Assembly (NCBI GenBank): GCA_002633005.1
Contig: NMRA01000284.1
Location: 330,978 to 394,977, forward strand
Source of the DNA: Phoronis australis
Taxonomy: Eukaryota > Animalia > Phoronida
Direction: 5' to 3'
DNA length: 64,000 nucleotides
Both the position numbers and the translations under genes were made by a program. Positions 1 to 11,271 of the stretch are shown in pieces; the first letter of the stretch is position 1; the number at the start of each line of letters is the position of its first letter. The notes below the pieces were generated by a model. It saw only the letters and a list, made by a program, of their open reading frames with translations. It did not search any database and was not told the origin of the DNA.

Positions 1-3000
1 TTCTTTCTTGGTCTGTGCGTACGTCGTTCAACTCTGTAATGGTAATGATTTTCTCAATACTTGGAAAAAACGACGTGCGCTTGTTTGTTTGTCAAATAAT
101 GTATTAATGATGTTGCGTTACTATGTATTTCAGATGGTCAAAAAAGTCAATCAGGTAGGGCAGTGGAACATTCTGGAAGTTTTCTCATGTCTCCGTGTTG
201 ATCGCTAATACAGCTTATGCTTTCTGTTTTGTGCGACAGCAACAAAAACAACGTCATCATCATCAATGACAACAAAAACAACGCCATCAAAAACACAAAA
301 CAAAACAACAACATAAACAACAACATAAATAATAACAACAACATGTAACTTTCATTTAACAATTGCCCCACAACAAAGACAGAGGAATGAGGCCTGCCCG
401 GCTACGGACCTTTGGACATTTGCCGCGGTGTATTATCTTCATTTCGGGATTCTATGCACCAGTGTATAGAAGCAACTTCTGCTGTGAACTCTTGCTAAGG
501 GGGAATAGATGAGCTACATATAATAATATAATTTGTCTAAGTAGACACTGCTGACATGGGCAGAAGTGAAAATGGGATCACAAAATTTGCTCTGAAGAAT
601 CTCGATAGAGGGTTTAGTAAGATGAGCAGACAAGAGGAAGCAGTTACGTTTGTGGCCACCTTCTGACGCCATTTGTGGACAGTAACTTGGATCAAATGCC
701 AAGCACCAGCAACATAAAGTGACGAACGTGCATGGCTACATTCTTCTACAAGCCGGTTGACTATATATACGTAAGAGGATTCTCTTGAGTGTCAAATCGG
801 GTGTTTGTGCAATGGGCCCGCCCTAGGTGGACGGCGCACTACTAATGGAATTTGAGCATCAGACCTCCTGCAATCTTTTCAAGTTAGTAATTACAGTTAC
901 AATCGTCTGTTTGAAAAAGTGTTGCATCACATCCGACCAGTGCTATGTGCATGTATAGGAACATAACTTGCACACATACCATCACGCGCCTGCATACATA
1001 TAAAAATACATCATGAACACAAACGCATACATACAAACAAAACATATACGCACTAACATTCATACATACAAACATATATAATACATACATATTTACTAAC
1101 ATAGACATTTATGCCGCAAACAAACCTGGACAAACATACATTTTGTACATACATTCACATACACCTAGGACTATTATACACACACACAGGCACGCACGCA
1201 CGCACGCACGCACACTCATATACGTACATATGCACACACGTACATACATACATACATACATACATACCGACAAACATGCATGCCTTCCTATGTATCAATA
1301 CAAGTTTTTATAAATATTTATATTTGCTAATATCATGTTGCTATCTGTGTATGGTACACTTACGGAAGATTTTTAGGGTTGCGATAAATTAGTGCCTGGT
1401 GTCATTTTCACTGAATTTTGTTTGAGATTTTTCGCCACTGAGGACACACGCAAGGTATTTACAGAAATGTCTACACCACAGGAAAACATTCAGAACGCCT
1501 CGGGTATTTGCGTGGTTTCGATTTTACCGTCGGAGATATACGTTAACTGCGCATGTGCGGACTTAAGTCATAGGCAAGTCATGAGAATTTCAAACTGGAG
1601 AACAACTGGCCGTATGACTGAAGCTCCCTCATACGTAGAAAGCGTTCAACTCTTACGGGTACCCGAGATGTTCCATATGGGCAATAAAACGTACGTCACC
1701 GCACACTTTAAATGTTTATGTCGTGCATGTTTCATCTTTGCTTTACCAATTTCTTTTGCAGTTGCCGAATTGTTTCTTTCTTACCGCACTGTCGCACCAA
1801 CATTTTTAAAAGTATATTCTCATTAACGGAAGTCAGAAAAAGGTATGAACAGACTGCACTCGCACTACCGTATTACTTTAATCTGGTCCACGTTGCGCGC
1901 CTGAATACTTCCACATGGCGCCATTACGTACAGCCCGGGTCAAATGGACATTGTTTATATTCTGAACATTTACCATTTGTTAATTTAATGAATCTATTTT
2001 TTAAAAGTATATCTCCGCGTAACCTGCTAATTCGTCTCTAGCCAATAATTACATTACGGTGATGCGTCGACTCACACGACCACAGAGGTTTTAAGATCAA
2101 TGGTGTTCCTGAAGAAACCACTGGCGGTTGATAGAAAGTAACTGCGTTTGTCAAGCGCAGTAGATTTCCACCTACTCAGAATGCAATACAGCGGAAAAGT
2201 GGGATTTTATTATTTTACTTTGTCGAATTTCCCAGCAGAAATATATTTTCGGAAACAAAATTAGGAGACGATTAATGCTTTGCAGTTGTCGGGGAATTGT
2301 GCAATGTAACGGTATGATTATTTGTACCAAAGCGAAAATAACCAGACTTTTTACTGAAAAAATGCAGCTTTGGCCGTTATTTTGGCGAAAAACGCGACGA
2401 GTCATAATACTTTTTGTTGCGAATTTTACGTCTCGAAAGAAAATTTCCCGAAATTGAGAGGCTTGGTTCGCGAACTCTTCGAATCGTGTAAGGAATTTGA
2501 GAAAGGAGACGTGCATAATCAAATTACCAGATACCCAAGAAAAACATCCTCCATTACAGCCCTCGTGATTATAGTCATAATTCAGTTCACAAAATAAATT
2601 GGTATTAGACATACATCCACTATGTGTTCACTCTTGAATCTTATCTAATGCAAATGATGAACACCATGATCACTTCGCTGTTATTTGTTACCTAGGTGAT
2701 GTTTCTATAGGTACTAATGGTAAGTTTAGCCTGGTCTTGGCATTAATTTTGCCGACTCTGGGGTTTTTGTGGACACTGAGAAATACGCCAGGTTCTCTAC
2801 TCAAAGATACGAAATATAATAGCTTACGCAAGATAGAATTCTCTGGGAGTTTTGTAGCTAAAGGGATATATACTCTACAAAATATAGTCGTGGAAAGTCT
2901 AAGTAAGATGCGATTAACCCATATGAATACTTATCAATGTACCGAGAGTGGCGTAGATGAAGTACTATCCCACGAGACATTATTCCGCGTATCGACCGAG

Positions 3001-6000
3001 ACCGAAGGAATAATGTCCTATTTTATCTGGTCAGTTTTTTACCCACTTCGGCGCAAGTATATTTAGTATACAGCTTTGCGCCTAGGCTAATCTCAACATA
3101 GTGTGGGAAAATCGCATTAAGTTGTATGATGCTAAAAAAAATTGTAACGTTTATTTTCACGAACCATTATAGGCCTGCACGGTGTAGCTGGTGAGTATAA
3201 AATGTGGTTCTGCACACGCTCTCGAGGTGTCACTGAAGGGTCATCGGAGTCCTTCAGTTTCTAGATGATCTTGATAAACACTTGTTTGATTGTGCATGAA
3301 CCTCAGATATGAGAGTATTGGTGTGAAAACCCTTTGAAGTTGGAAAGATGGCATGCCTTGTTTGACAACGCTTTATTTATAAAGACACTTGTTTTGTAGG
3401 ACTGGCCCTCAAAATAGTTTCATTGTGGCACGGCACACGGTCATATATGTATATAAGTTAAAATTTTGAAGAAATGCAAGTTATCCAATGATGGCACCGC
3501 ACTCGCTAGCTGTCGTATGTTGAAATTTGCATGGCTGAACAATCTGTACCGTAAAGTATCCGGTTAAACTAAATTAAGGCGCTGTGAACCTGCTCAATGT
3601 CCTAAAATCGCCTTTTGATTCGACCATTTAGCGTTACAAAGGCTGGTCTCAACTTTTTCCAGTCCTGACACACCGAATAGGCCTACGTCACAAAAGTCCC
3701 AACCCGCCCTAACATCCTAATGGGACAACTAGTGGAACAAGGATAAAAACTAGCAACTTTGACCAATAACGACAATTTTACGGATAGCGTGAGGCGTTGT
3801 ACACGCAAAGGATTGTGGGATAACGGCACCCAAGGTAGCTAGTAGACTTGGGCAAGCGATTGTTAGAAATCATTTCATTTTAGGAATATTTCAAGCAGCC
3901 AACAGTTCAGTTTCTCATAGATACGAGTAGACAGGCAGTATCTATCCAAAATCAACTGTCAGATTACCAAGCAGGTGATTGCCTGGTTGACATTTTCTGC
4001 TTTCTGCGGGGGTCGCACTCTGACGCTCTGGAATGCGCACGCATCAAGTTTCGCTATTCGTCAATGCGACATCATCCATTACGATCGACTGAGAAGATAT
4101 GATTATTCAGTCCAAACTCAGTTTTTGTCCGTTCTGTCACAATTCTTAAAAGCGTGCATGTCAAGTACACTTTACACATTTTTACTCTACTCATGCAGAG
4201 TCGCGTTTGTATTCGGAGCTTAGACCCTCAATCCTTAAAACACACCTGAGATCTCATGAGTAAGGATCACGTTGAGTTGTCTGTGGTAAGTGGACTAATC
4301 AAAAGGTGGTTTCCTTGACACAATATCATTGAGCTAAAACCGGATGCATGTTGGTCATGCGTAAGTGTTAATGTAAACGCTCTTCTGACACAACTTGGCG
4401 TCGCAAGCCCACAGCAGGCTATTCCACAGGTGCAATTAAGTCACGTACGAAGCATTAGGAAGTCAAAACTGCGTAGTGAGTGACATACGCTCAATGATAA
4501 ACCGGTGGGTTTGTGAACACACGTGCACTAATATGGTTTCCGGTCAGACTAGTTTCCGCTGTGCATTTTAAAAGCGGGCCCAAACCAGGGCAACTTGCAC
4601 TTACCCGGAACAAGTGTAATGTGAACAGCGTGTAGGTTACAGTATGTCACAAGTACACGCGTGTACCGAAGCCTTTAATTGTGACTGATTAACAAAGATT
4701 AATCTTACCCACATGTTCTATAATCATGGAGTTGTGATAATACTGTAGCTTCCCGGTTCCCGACTTATTGGGATTACACGAGATAAACTTAAATCGGCAT
4801 TGCTTTTAGTGCAACGTCAGCCATTTTGCGGAAGGATGCATGTGCACGCTCTCCACCGGCAAACTTTGTTGCTAACAGGGCGGTGGTTAGGGTTATGCAG
4901 GGCCCTATGGGCAGGTGTGTTACGTTCAGTCAGATGTCTACAAGAAAAGTATATATTCTGTAAAAGCTCAAAGCCTGCCGAGTTTGATTTTTAACTCGTA
5001 TATACCAATCGTTGAATAGGTCACGTGACCATGTCTTTTTCAAATTTAACACAAAGAATGGTACAGTCATAGCAAAATCAATAACATGAAAAAATTCGTT
5101 CGATGAAAACTCGAAAGTAAATATTCAAAAACGAAATCTTAAAAAGACTCTTCTTTAATTGTCATTACGTTTTCGTTTCAGGCAACTTTTCGATTTTTCA
5201 TAAAAGTCGTATTTTTAAGTTATGTTTTATGCAAAACTTGTCCTTTTAAAATTCAAGTCAATGCCGCGAAACTTAAGTTTTTAAATGAAACTTCAGCTTT
5301 TCCTCAAAAATTTAAATTTATTCGTCACAAATTTCTCAGAAAAAATGAAGTTCGTCTACGTAAAGGGCTGAGCCATTGAAGAAACCATGCATTCCTTTTG
5401 CTGGTATCTGTCTGTGAGTAGATTGCGGCCATCTCTAGCCTGCTGATAGACATCGTCGTCCTCCACAGAAAGTCACAAAATAACTGTACCTACATGTATA
5501 CTAAAATCAAAAACCATTTCGTCAGTGTGTTGGTCTCCAAAATAGTGTTGCTCCTACAAAAAGTGAGCCCAGTACACAAAACATATATGGGCAATTATTA
5601 AATATTATACTATATTATTATTTTATCATCGTACAATATAATATATTATATTACATGCCACTTTAAAAAAATCATGAAAAGTGGTGAGTTTTCGGTTTAA
5701 CTTGGATTTGTAATGAATCCAGCCAGTTACACGTGTTCAGGTATTGGTACTGAGCCGTGATACACGAGGACGCGTATGGGGACGGACAGTGATTAACCAT
5801 TCGATACAAAAACAAAAACCATGATATCGTGAATGGAATCCCTGGTGGTGACTACATGAAAGGTTTTGGGAGGAAAGATTGGAGCATACAATATCTTCTA
5901 CCAGTTCATGACTAAAATTTTGCACAAGAAGCTCGGAAACAGTGTACGCAGTCGTAGTAGAGAAGGGAAAAGGCTGGGTAGAGTTCGGTAACGCCAAGGC

Positions 6001-6824
6001 CTCGCTAAAAAGTAAGACTTCGCGAGATTACGTGAGATATTGCCGTGTATTTTAAATGCCGAGAACACATGATTTTGGCTAGATTTTAGCGAGGTCCTTG
6101 CGTAGGTCCCAGTGGCGGATTTAAGGGGGGGGGCAAGGGGGCCATGGCCCCCCTAAAACTTTCAGATTTCATTTGACAGTCTGCGGGTGTGAATGTGTGA
6201 AAGTCCTGGCTAATATTCTGCCCTGCCCCCCTAACGCAAAATTCTGGATCCGCCCCTGGGTCCTGGCGTTACTGAAATTCTGCCCTGTATCACACGTTTT
6301 GTGCTCGAAATCAAACGGAAATGGAAATCGTGTTGCGATATAGTGATTTCCAGTACTTTAGTGTCAGTCAAGTAAAACGTGGAAGAAGATTTTGTTTTTG
6401 ATTTTGATTTTGTGCCACTCAACCCATCAACCCGCCATCAGTTCATTTAAAAAGTTACGAGTGCGCCTAAGAACGAATTTTCAAATTTTGATATGGGCAG
6501 CTGACCAATAGGTTACATGACTGTATTTTTTACTTTGCCACATTTCTTGATTTATCAATAGACAGTGATGTCATGGTTTGTTACAGCGAGGCGCCTTGGG
6601 AAAAGTTGCCATCCTATGACTGTTTCGGTGACCCCTGTGAGCATGACACGGACTGCTGTCAGCGATACAACATCTGTGACCGTTACACCCACCAGTGTCG
6701 CGACTGCTGGCTGTACATGTACTGCTCAACAGACGCTGATTGCTGTCGTCGGTATCCTTACTGCCAGAAGAAGTATGAAAGTTATAAAAGCGCGGTGATG
6801 GGACGCTGTGCTGGCTCACCTTGA
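1..6824 (+). CDS. Secreted cysteine-rich double knottin/ICK-like peptide precursor (5'-partial, multi-exon)
   Basis: Exons: <1-41 (SFLVCAYVVQLCN, hydrophobic signal-peptide tail, donor GTAATG at 42), 134-154 (21 nt, tttcag/gtaggg), probable 2696-2719 (24 nt, cctag/gtaagt), 6562-6824 (acceptor ttatcaatag, stop TGA). All junctions are phase 1. The last exon encodes CFGDPCEHDTDCCQRYNICDRYTHQC and CWLYMYCSTDADCCRRYPYCQKKYESYKSAVMGRC. The last exon is well supported; its linkage to the upstream exons is inferred from phase. Confidence 0.7.
241..345. repeat. (AAC/ATC)n-like degenerate microsatellite
   Basis: Runs of aacaacaaaaacaac/catcatcat. Confidence 0.85.
975..1270. repeat. (AC)n/(ATAC)n/(GCAC)n compound microsatellite
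   Basis: catacatacatac, cacgcacgcacgcacg and acacacac tracts; these explain ORFs 884..1108 and 1111..1392. Confidence 0.9.
4945..5100 (+). repeat. Dispersed repeat fragment (second copy ~32745-32900)
   Basis: Shared degenerate string ...tttgatt...tataccaa...ggtcacgtgaccatg...gtaca...atagcaaaa at both loci. Confidence 0.55.
5981..6280. mobile_element. MITE family A (TIR GAGTTCRGTAACGC) interrupted by a nested element
   Basis: Starts gagttcggtaacgcc and ends ggcgttactgaa; internal ctcgctaaaaagtaagacttcgcgagattacgtgagatat matches the copies at 8292-8425 and 48489-48632 in inverted orientation. Confidence 0.75.
6110..6258. mobile_element. 149-bp TIR element (CAGTGGCGGAT...ATCCGCCCCTG) with 5-bp TSD, hAT5-like
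   Basis: Imperfect TIRs; direct repeat ggtcc at 6105-6109 and 6259-6263. The superfamily label is inferred from the CAG terminus and 5-bp TSD. Confidence 0.8.
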
Positions 6825-6996
6825 CATCAAACTTCGCAGTGATGGGACGCTGTGCTCGCTCACCGTGGATGTCTAATTTCGTGGCGATTGAACGTTGTGC
6901 TCGTTCAGCTGGATATTAATTTTCGTGGTGTATAGGAGGCTGCGCTCGCTCACCTTGCTGTAATTTCGTGGTGCATAGGACAGCGTGCTCGTTACG
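6792..6996 (+). repeat. Degenerate ~44-46 bp tandem repeat spanning the knottin stop codon (about 5 copies)
   Basis: gcggtgatgggacgctgtgctggctcaccttgacatcaaacttc followed by increasingly diverged copies. Confidence 0.8.
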
Positions 6997-7790
6997 TTTT
7001 ATGTACCTTACATTCGTTTCCTAAGGTCGCATTTTTTCAATATCTAATACAAATTTTAGCCCCTTGAACCATTTATTTTTAAAATACTTGATGATCACAG
7101 TGTGCATGAAATGATGCCAGGACGTTTCTTAAACCGTCGGGCTTTTGTTGAGATCTCCGTTTAGCTCATGCATACGTAATTTTTTCAAATGAAACTTGCA
7201 TGTTCTTTTATTCTTTTAGTTATTAAGCGTAACTGAAAATTTCTTTAAGCCTGTTAGCACAAGAAATTAGCTGCCAATATTGAAGACATCTGAACTAATC
7301 ACGAAATGTCAGTTGAAATTTTTTGAAACATAATGTTTGTTTAAAGATATGTTGTTTATAAAATTAATTTGAGAGGTCCTGAATACAACACCACGTGGTG
7401 CGGGGAACTGCAGCTCAGCAAAAGACCTGACTGTGAGGTGAACAGTCGTTGTGGGAACGCACAGGTTAACTTACCTAATTTCTTGGCGACGGGACGTTGT
7501 GGTGGCTCAACTCAGTTGCTTGGTGACGTGGTGAAGTAACTTCGTTTTTGCATAGCATATCGCATCCAACCACATTAAAGTCTAGTGAACAACCCGAAAA
7601 CGAGGCCATGTGGTCATTTTTACCAAACTAAGCCACAGTCTGCCGGATTTCAGTGTAGGCGTATTTCAACGTTCTAAATTGTGTCTGGCTTATTTCTCTA
7701 ATTTCTGCATGTTTTCTGACTCAAATATTTCAGTGATATCAATTGCACACTGTTCATTATTGGATAAGCTCCATGAGATACAAAAACAGA

Positions 7791-8198
7791 GGCGCTGCTT
7801 TGCGTGAACTTGAAATCTTGCCTAATCTCAAGATCGCGTGTACGTGAACTTGGAATACACGAGGAAACTTGACAAATGCACTCAAATTATCACGTTCACG
7901 TTGATGAAAGTTCACACTGCTCTAAATCAAATTACAACCTTTTTCATCTATTGGCGATATTAAATTCTCCAAACAATAATTGATTTAACCATTCACATAT
8001 TTCTCCGATTCTTTGACACAAGTTACCCGGTACGCTAAAGGAGGAAATAGGTGATCATGCAGCCGATAATTACAAAAATCCTTTACACTCAACAAAAATT
8101 TCACCTGACTGTCCAAATGAATATTCAATTAAAAGTTCACGCATACGTGATCTTGAGATTAAGCAGAATTCCAAGTTCACGTACAGCAACGCAGCCCC
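7791..8198. mobile_element. MITE with ~60-bp terminal inverted repeats
   Basis: gcgtgaacttgaaatcttgcctaatctcaagatcgcgtgtacgtgaactt (7802-7851) vs aagttcacgcatacgtgatcttgagattaagcagaattccaagttcacgt (8133-8182). Confidence 0.75.
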
Positions 8199-8291
8199 AT
8201 GTAAAGTGAACCAAAACAGAATGTTCTGCACGCGCGACATTACCTGCACTTGATTGACTTCAACCGGCTCAACCGGCTTTAGACATCTGGA

Positions 8292-8425
8292 TAGAGTTCA
8301 GTAGCTTCCTCGCGACTAGACAAACGAGCTAAAATCACGCGTTCTCATTTATAATAAAGGACAATATCTCACGTAATCTCGTTGAATCTTGCTTTTTAGC
8401 GAGGCCCTAGCGTTACTGAACTCTA
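8292..8425. mobile_element. MITE family A copy
   Basis: tagagttcagtag...cgttactgaactcta termini; internal atatctcacgtaatctc...gctttttagcgagg shared with the other copies. Confidence 0.75.
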
Positions 8426-11271
8426 CAAAGATTGGTTTGTAAGCCGGAAGTCATCATCACGAACCAAACAGATGTCTTAAGGAGGTTATGACTCAAGTTA
8501 CGACAGTAAAGATTGTTAAGACAATTTTCAGCTTAAACACACCGATTGACTTCATCCTTATTTGGCCAATAAAGAACCAGAATCCGGTTGCATGAAACAG
8601 TCCGAATAAGTACTCAGAAGTACTCAGTCATATTCCCAAAATTTCCAGCTCCAGTATGGGAACACTTCATTGACCATCATTCTCAGTGCAATTTCTTTAA
8701 TGCCATATTGTTACGTCACATTTTAGCTTTGATAAACAGAGAGAGTATACTCTACCTTGAATTTTTAGTATTATCCAAAATAAACAGAACCTTGCATTGA
8801 AATTAGGGTTCAGTTTTCAGATATGTTACAAGAAAATGTCACAAGTGAATAAGAAGCTCCGTAAAAGATGAAGTGATGAAAAATATAACATTAATGAGTA
8901 AATGCGCTGGAAATTTAAGAAACGTGTAGTTGAGTCGCTATAGGGACTATTTCGTACAAGTGGCCTCTGGTGTCAATGTTGTGCCCCAGAATTTAATGGA
9001 AACAGAGGCTGAATGCGTGTCTGTGCGGGTTGTAGTGGCGTTGTCCGATTGAAATGGCAGCCGAATGGCGGGGGGTCACTGGAGAAGCTTTGTGGTGTTC
9101 CTGGTCATGGCTGAAAATTGTACGATCATAACTCTTGGCTTACCTCAAAATCCAACTGCTGCCTGGTGGTTTGGTAATAGACCCAATCCTGTTGCACACC
9201 CAGAAGAATTAAAAAGGATTATGGCAACATTAAACAAACGTTTTAGGTTGTAAAAGTAGTATTTTTTGTTCAATTTTCAAAATTCAAAAACCTGCTCGCT
9301 TGCACTTTTCACGAACTATTCAAATTATGCTATTTACAAACTTTCAAAACGAATATTTAGAATACTATTGTATCTTTGATCTAAACCGGCAGATTCTGCG
9401 GTAGGCAAACCGGTCGAGGAGTCCAATCTCGACCTGTTAGGGTATCAACGCAGGATTCTTCGTAGCTGAAAAAGCTTCAGGCTCTCAAAATAGCACTTTG
9501 AGTGGACTCCCAGCTTAAATTCTACTGCATGATGAAAAGATGACCATGCTTTTATCATACAGTAACTCACTGTAACCGGGTATGTCTTTACAGTGTGTAG
9601 ACATGGAATGTGCTTCAGATCGTAGCTTCTTGATCGCTGGTTCTTAATCGATGAAGTGCATTAGTTTACACTTAAACTACATTCAAAAGGCTGCATGAAT
9701 TAATTGTCTTAAGTGGCAAACCACTCGTGCACATTATCGCCTGCCGTTTCAGCTTTATAAAACGTTACTCTACATCTGAGGCCCTGTTATGAAAGGTTGC
9801 ACGACCGGTCTTAGCTAACACGGTCGTAACACTTGTCGTAACTACGTTAATATGCACATTTATGGCTTGTGGAGACGGTTCTTACAGGGTCCCATATTTT
9901 GAGAAGCACCTTGAAGCCTGCTATTGAGTGGAGACATTTGGTTCTCAAAATGAGGGACCCCTGTAAGTAACTCTAACCGCATCGTGGGCAAACACAGTGA
10001 GGCAGTTTCTACAGATTATTTTGGATGTAATCGAGCTCTTGCGAGTTTCTCGAGACCACACTCGCGTCACAGGCACTTGAGTTTATCTGTTCCTCAGTAA
10101 CCACTGACGTCACTCACTGCATGGTTATGAGTCATCGGGAAATTCAAGCGCCTGTGGCTAGCGTAACTTCCGCAAAACAGGTACAAATATTTAAAGCGAA
10201 AGATATAGACCTTGTAACAATATAATGGCTATTTATATAAATACGAATCTCAGGTTTCAAATACCTCCGGCACGAGAAACCACTCGCCAATGTACATGTA
10301 GGTGATGACATTTCTAACAGATTAGAACTATTATTATTTACAAAGTCATTTCTAACAGATGTGTATCATAAATATTTCACCGGGAACTGACTTTTTATTT
10401 CTATATATACATTCACATGACAAAATCGCTGTCCACAGTGTCGTCAAACATTTAGAAGAGAACATGTCCTATCACAATGCCACAAATTCTAGGTAACGTT
10501 TTCTTGAAATCATACTTTCGCTTCCTTCTCTACGCTCTATTTTGTCTTTTTCTTCAAATTTCAAAGCTCTATATGCATATCAAAAATGCCATTTGTGAGT
10601 AAAACAATAGTCTTTCGTCATGCAGTGATAATTTTTCGTCTTCCTCGGTATGGAGCTTTGAATCCTTTTGGCCGACTTGCTCCAGGTGTATTTATGAATT
10701 TCGTATTGATTGCCAGCCAGTCTATAGTTTCAAGCAGCTTAATTTACGTCCATCGCCTATAAACGGCAAACACGGCAGGGGGAGATGAGCAATTGCCACC
10801 CCCCACCCCCTCCCAGATTCGAGCAAATATTATTAAATATTCGCTCAAAACAAGAAAAAAGTAGGCAGCGGAAGAATCGATGGAAAAGTATGAAGGAGAT
10901 ATATAAGAATACAAGGGGTGGAATCGGCGGCTACCGGTGGAACAGGTGGTCACCGGGAATTAGGAGAAAGAGTTGGCAACCGAGGCTAAATTTGGGACCA
11001 GGAGACAGTGCATGAGATGGGTCGCTAAGGGAGGAGTGAAATTGGTGGCGACTGAGGATGAAATTCTTCTAAACCTCAGTATATTTGGGCACAGCTCGTC
11101 ATATGCCGCACCGAACAGCGAGGCCAGGTGTGTGTTCGTAGAGGCAAATATCTCTCGAAAGCGCAAGACTGCGATATATTGTAATGTACTATAGAAAAAA
11201 CCCGCGCGCACACGAGCTTCCTTTCGAGATTCTTGCGTTCTTGCGTCAACGGAACTCTACCCAGGGTACAC

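Noticed and set aside
380-850. Possible RTE-type LINE remnant (QLRF.GHLL-like words)
   Set aside because: Requires several frameshifts; too degenerate to support by eye.
1392-3066. ORFs of 100-146 aa (1392..1826, 1712..2041, 2172..2612, 2737..3066)
   Set aside because: No recognisable domains, mostly non-ATG starts, located in a repeat-rich intron.
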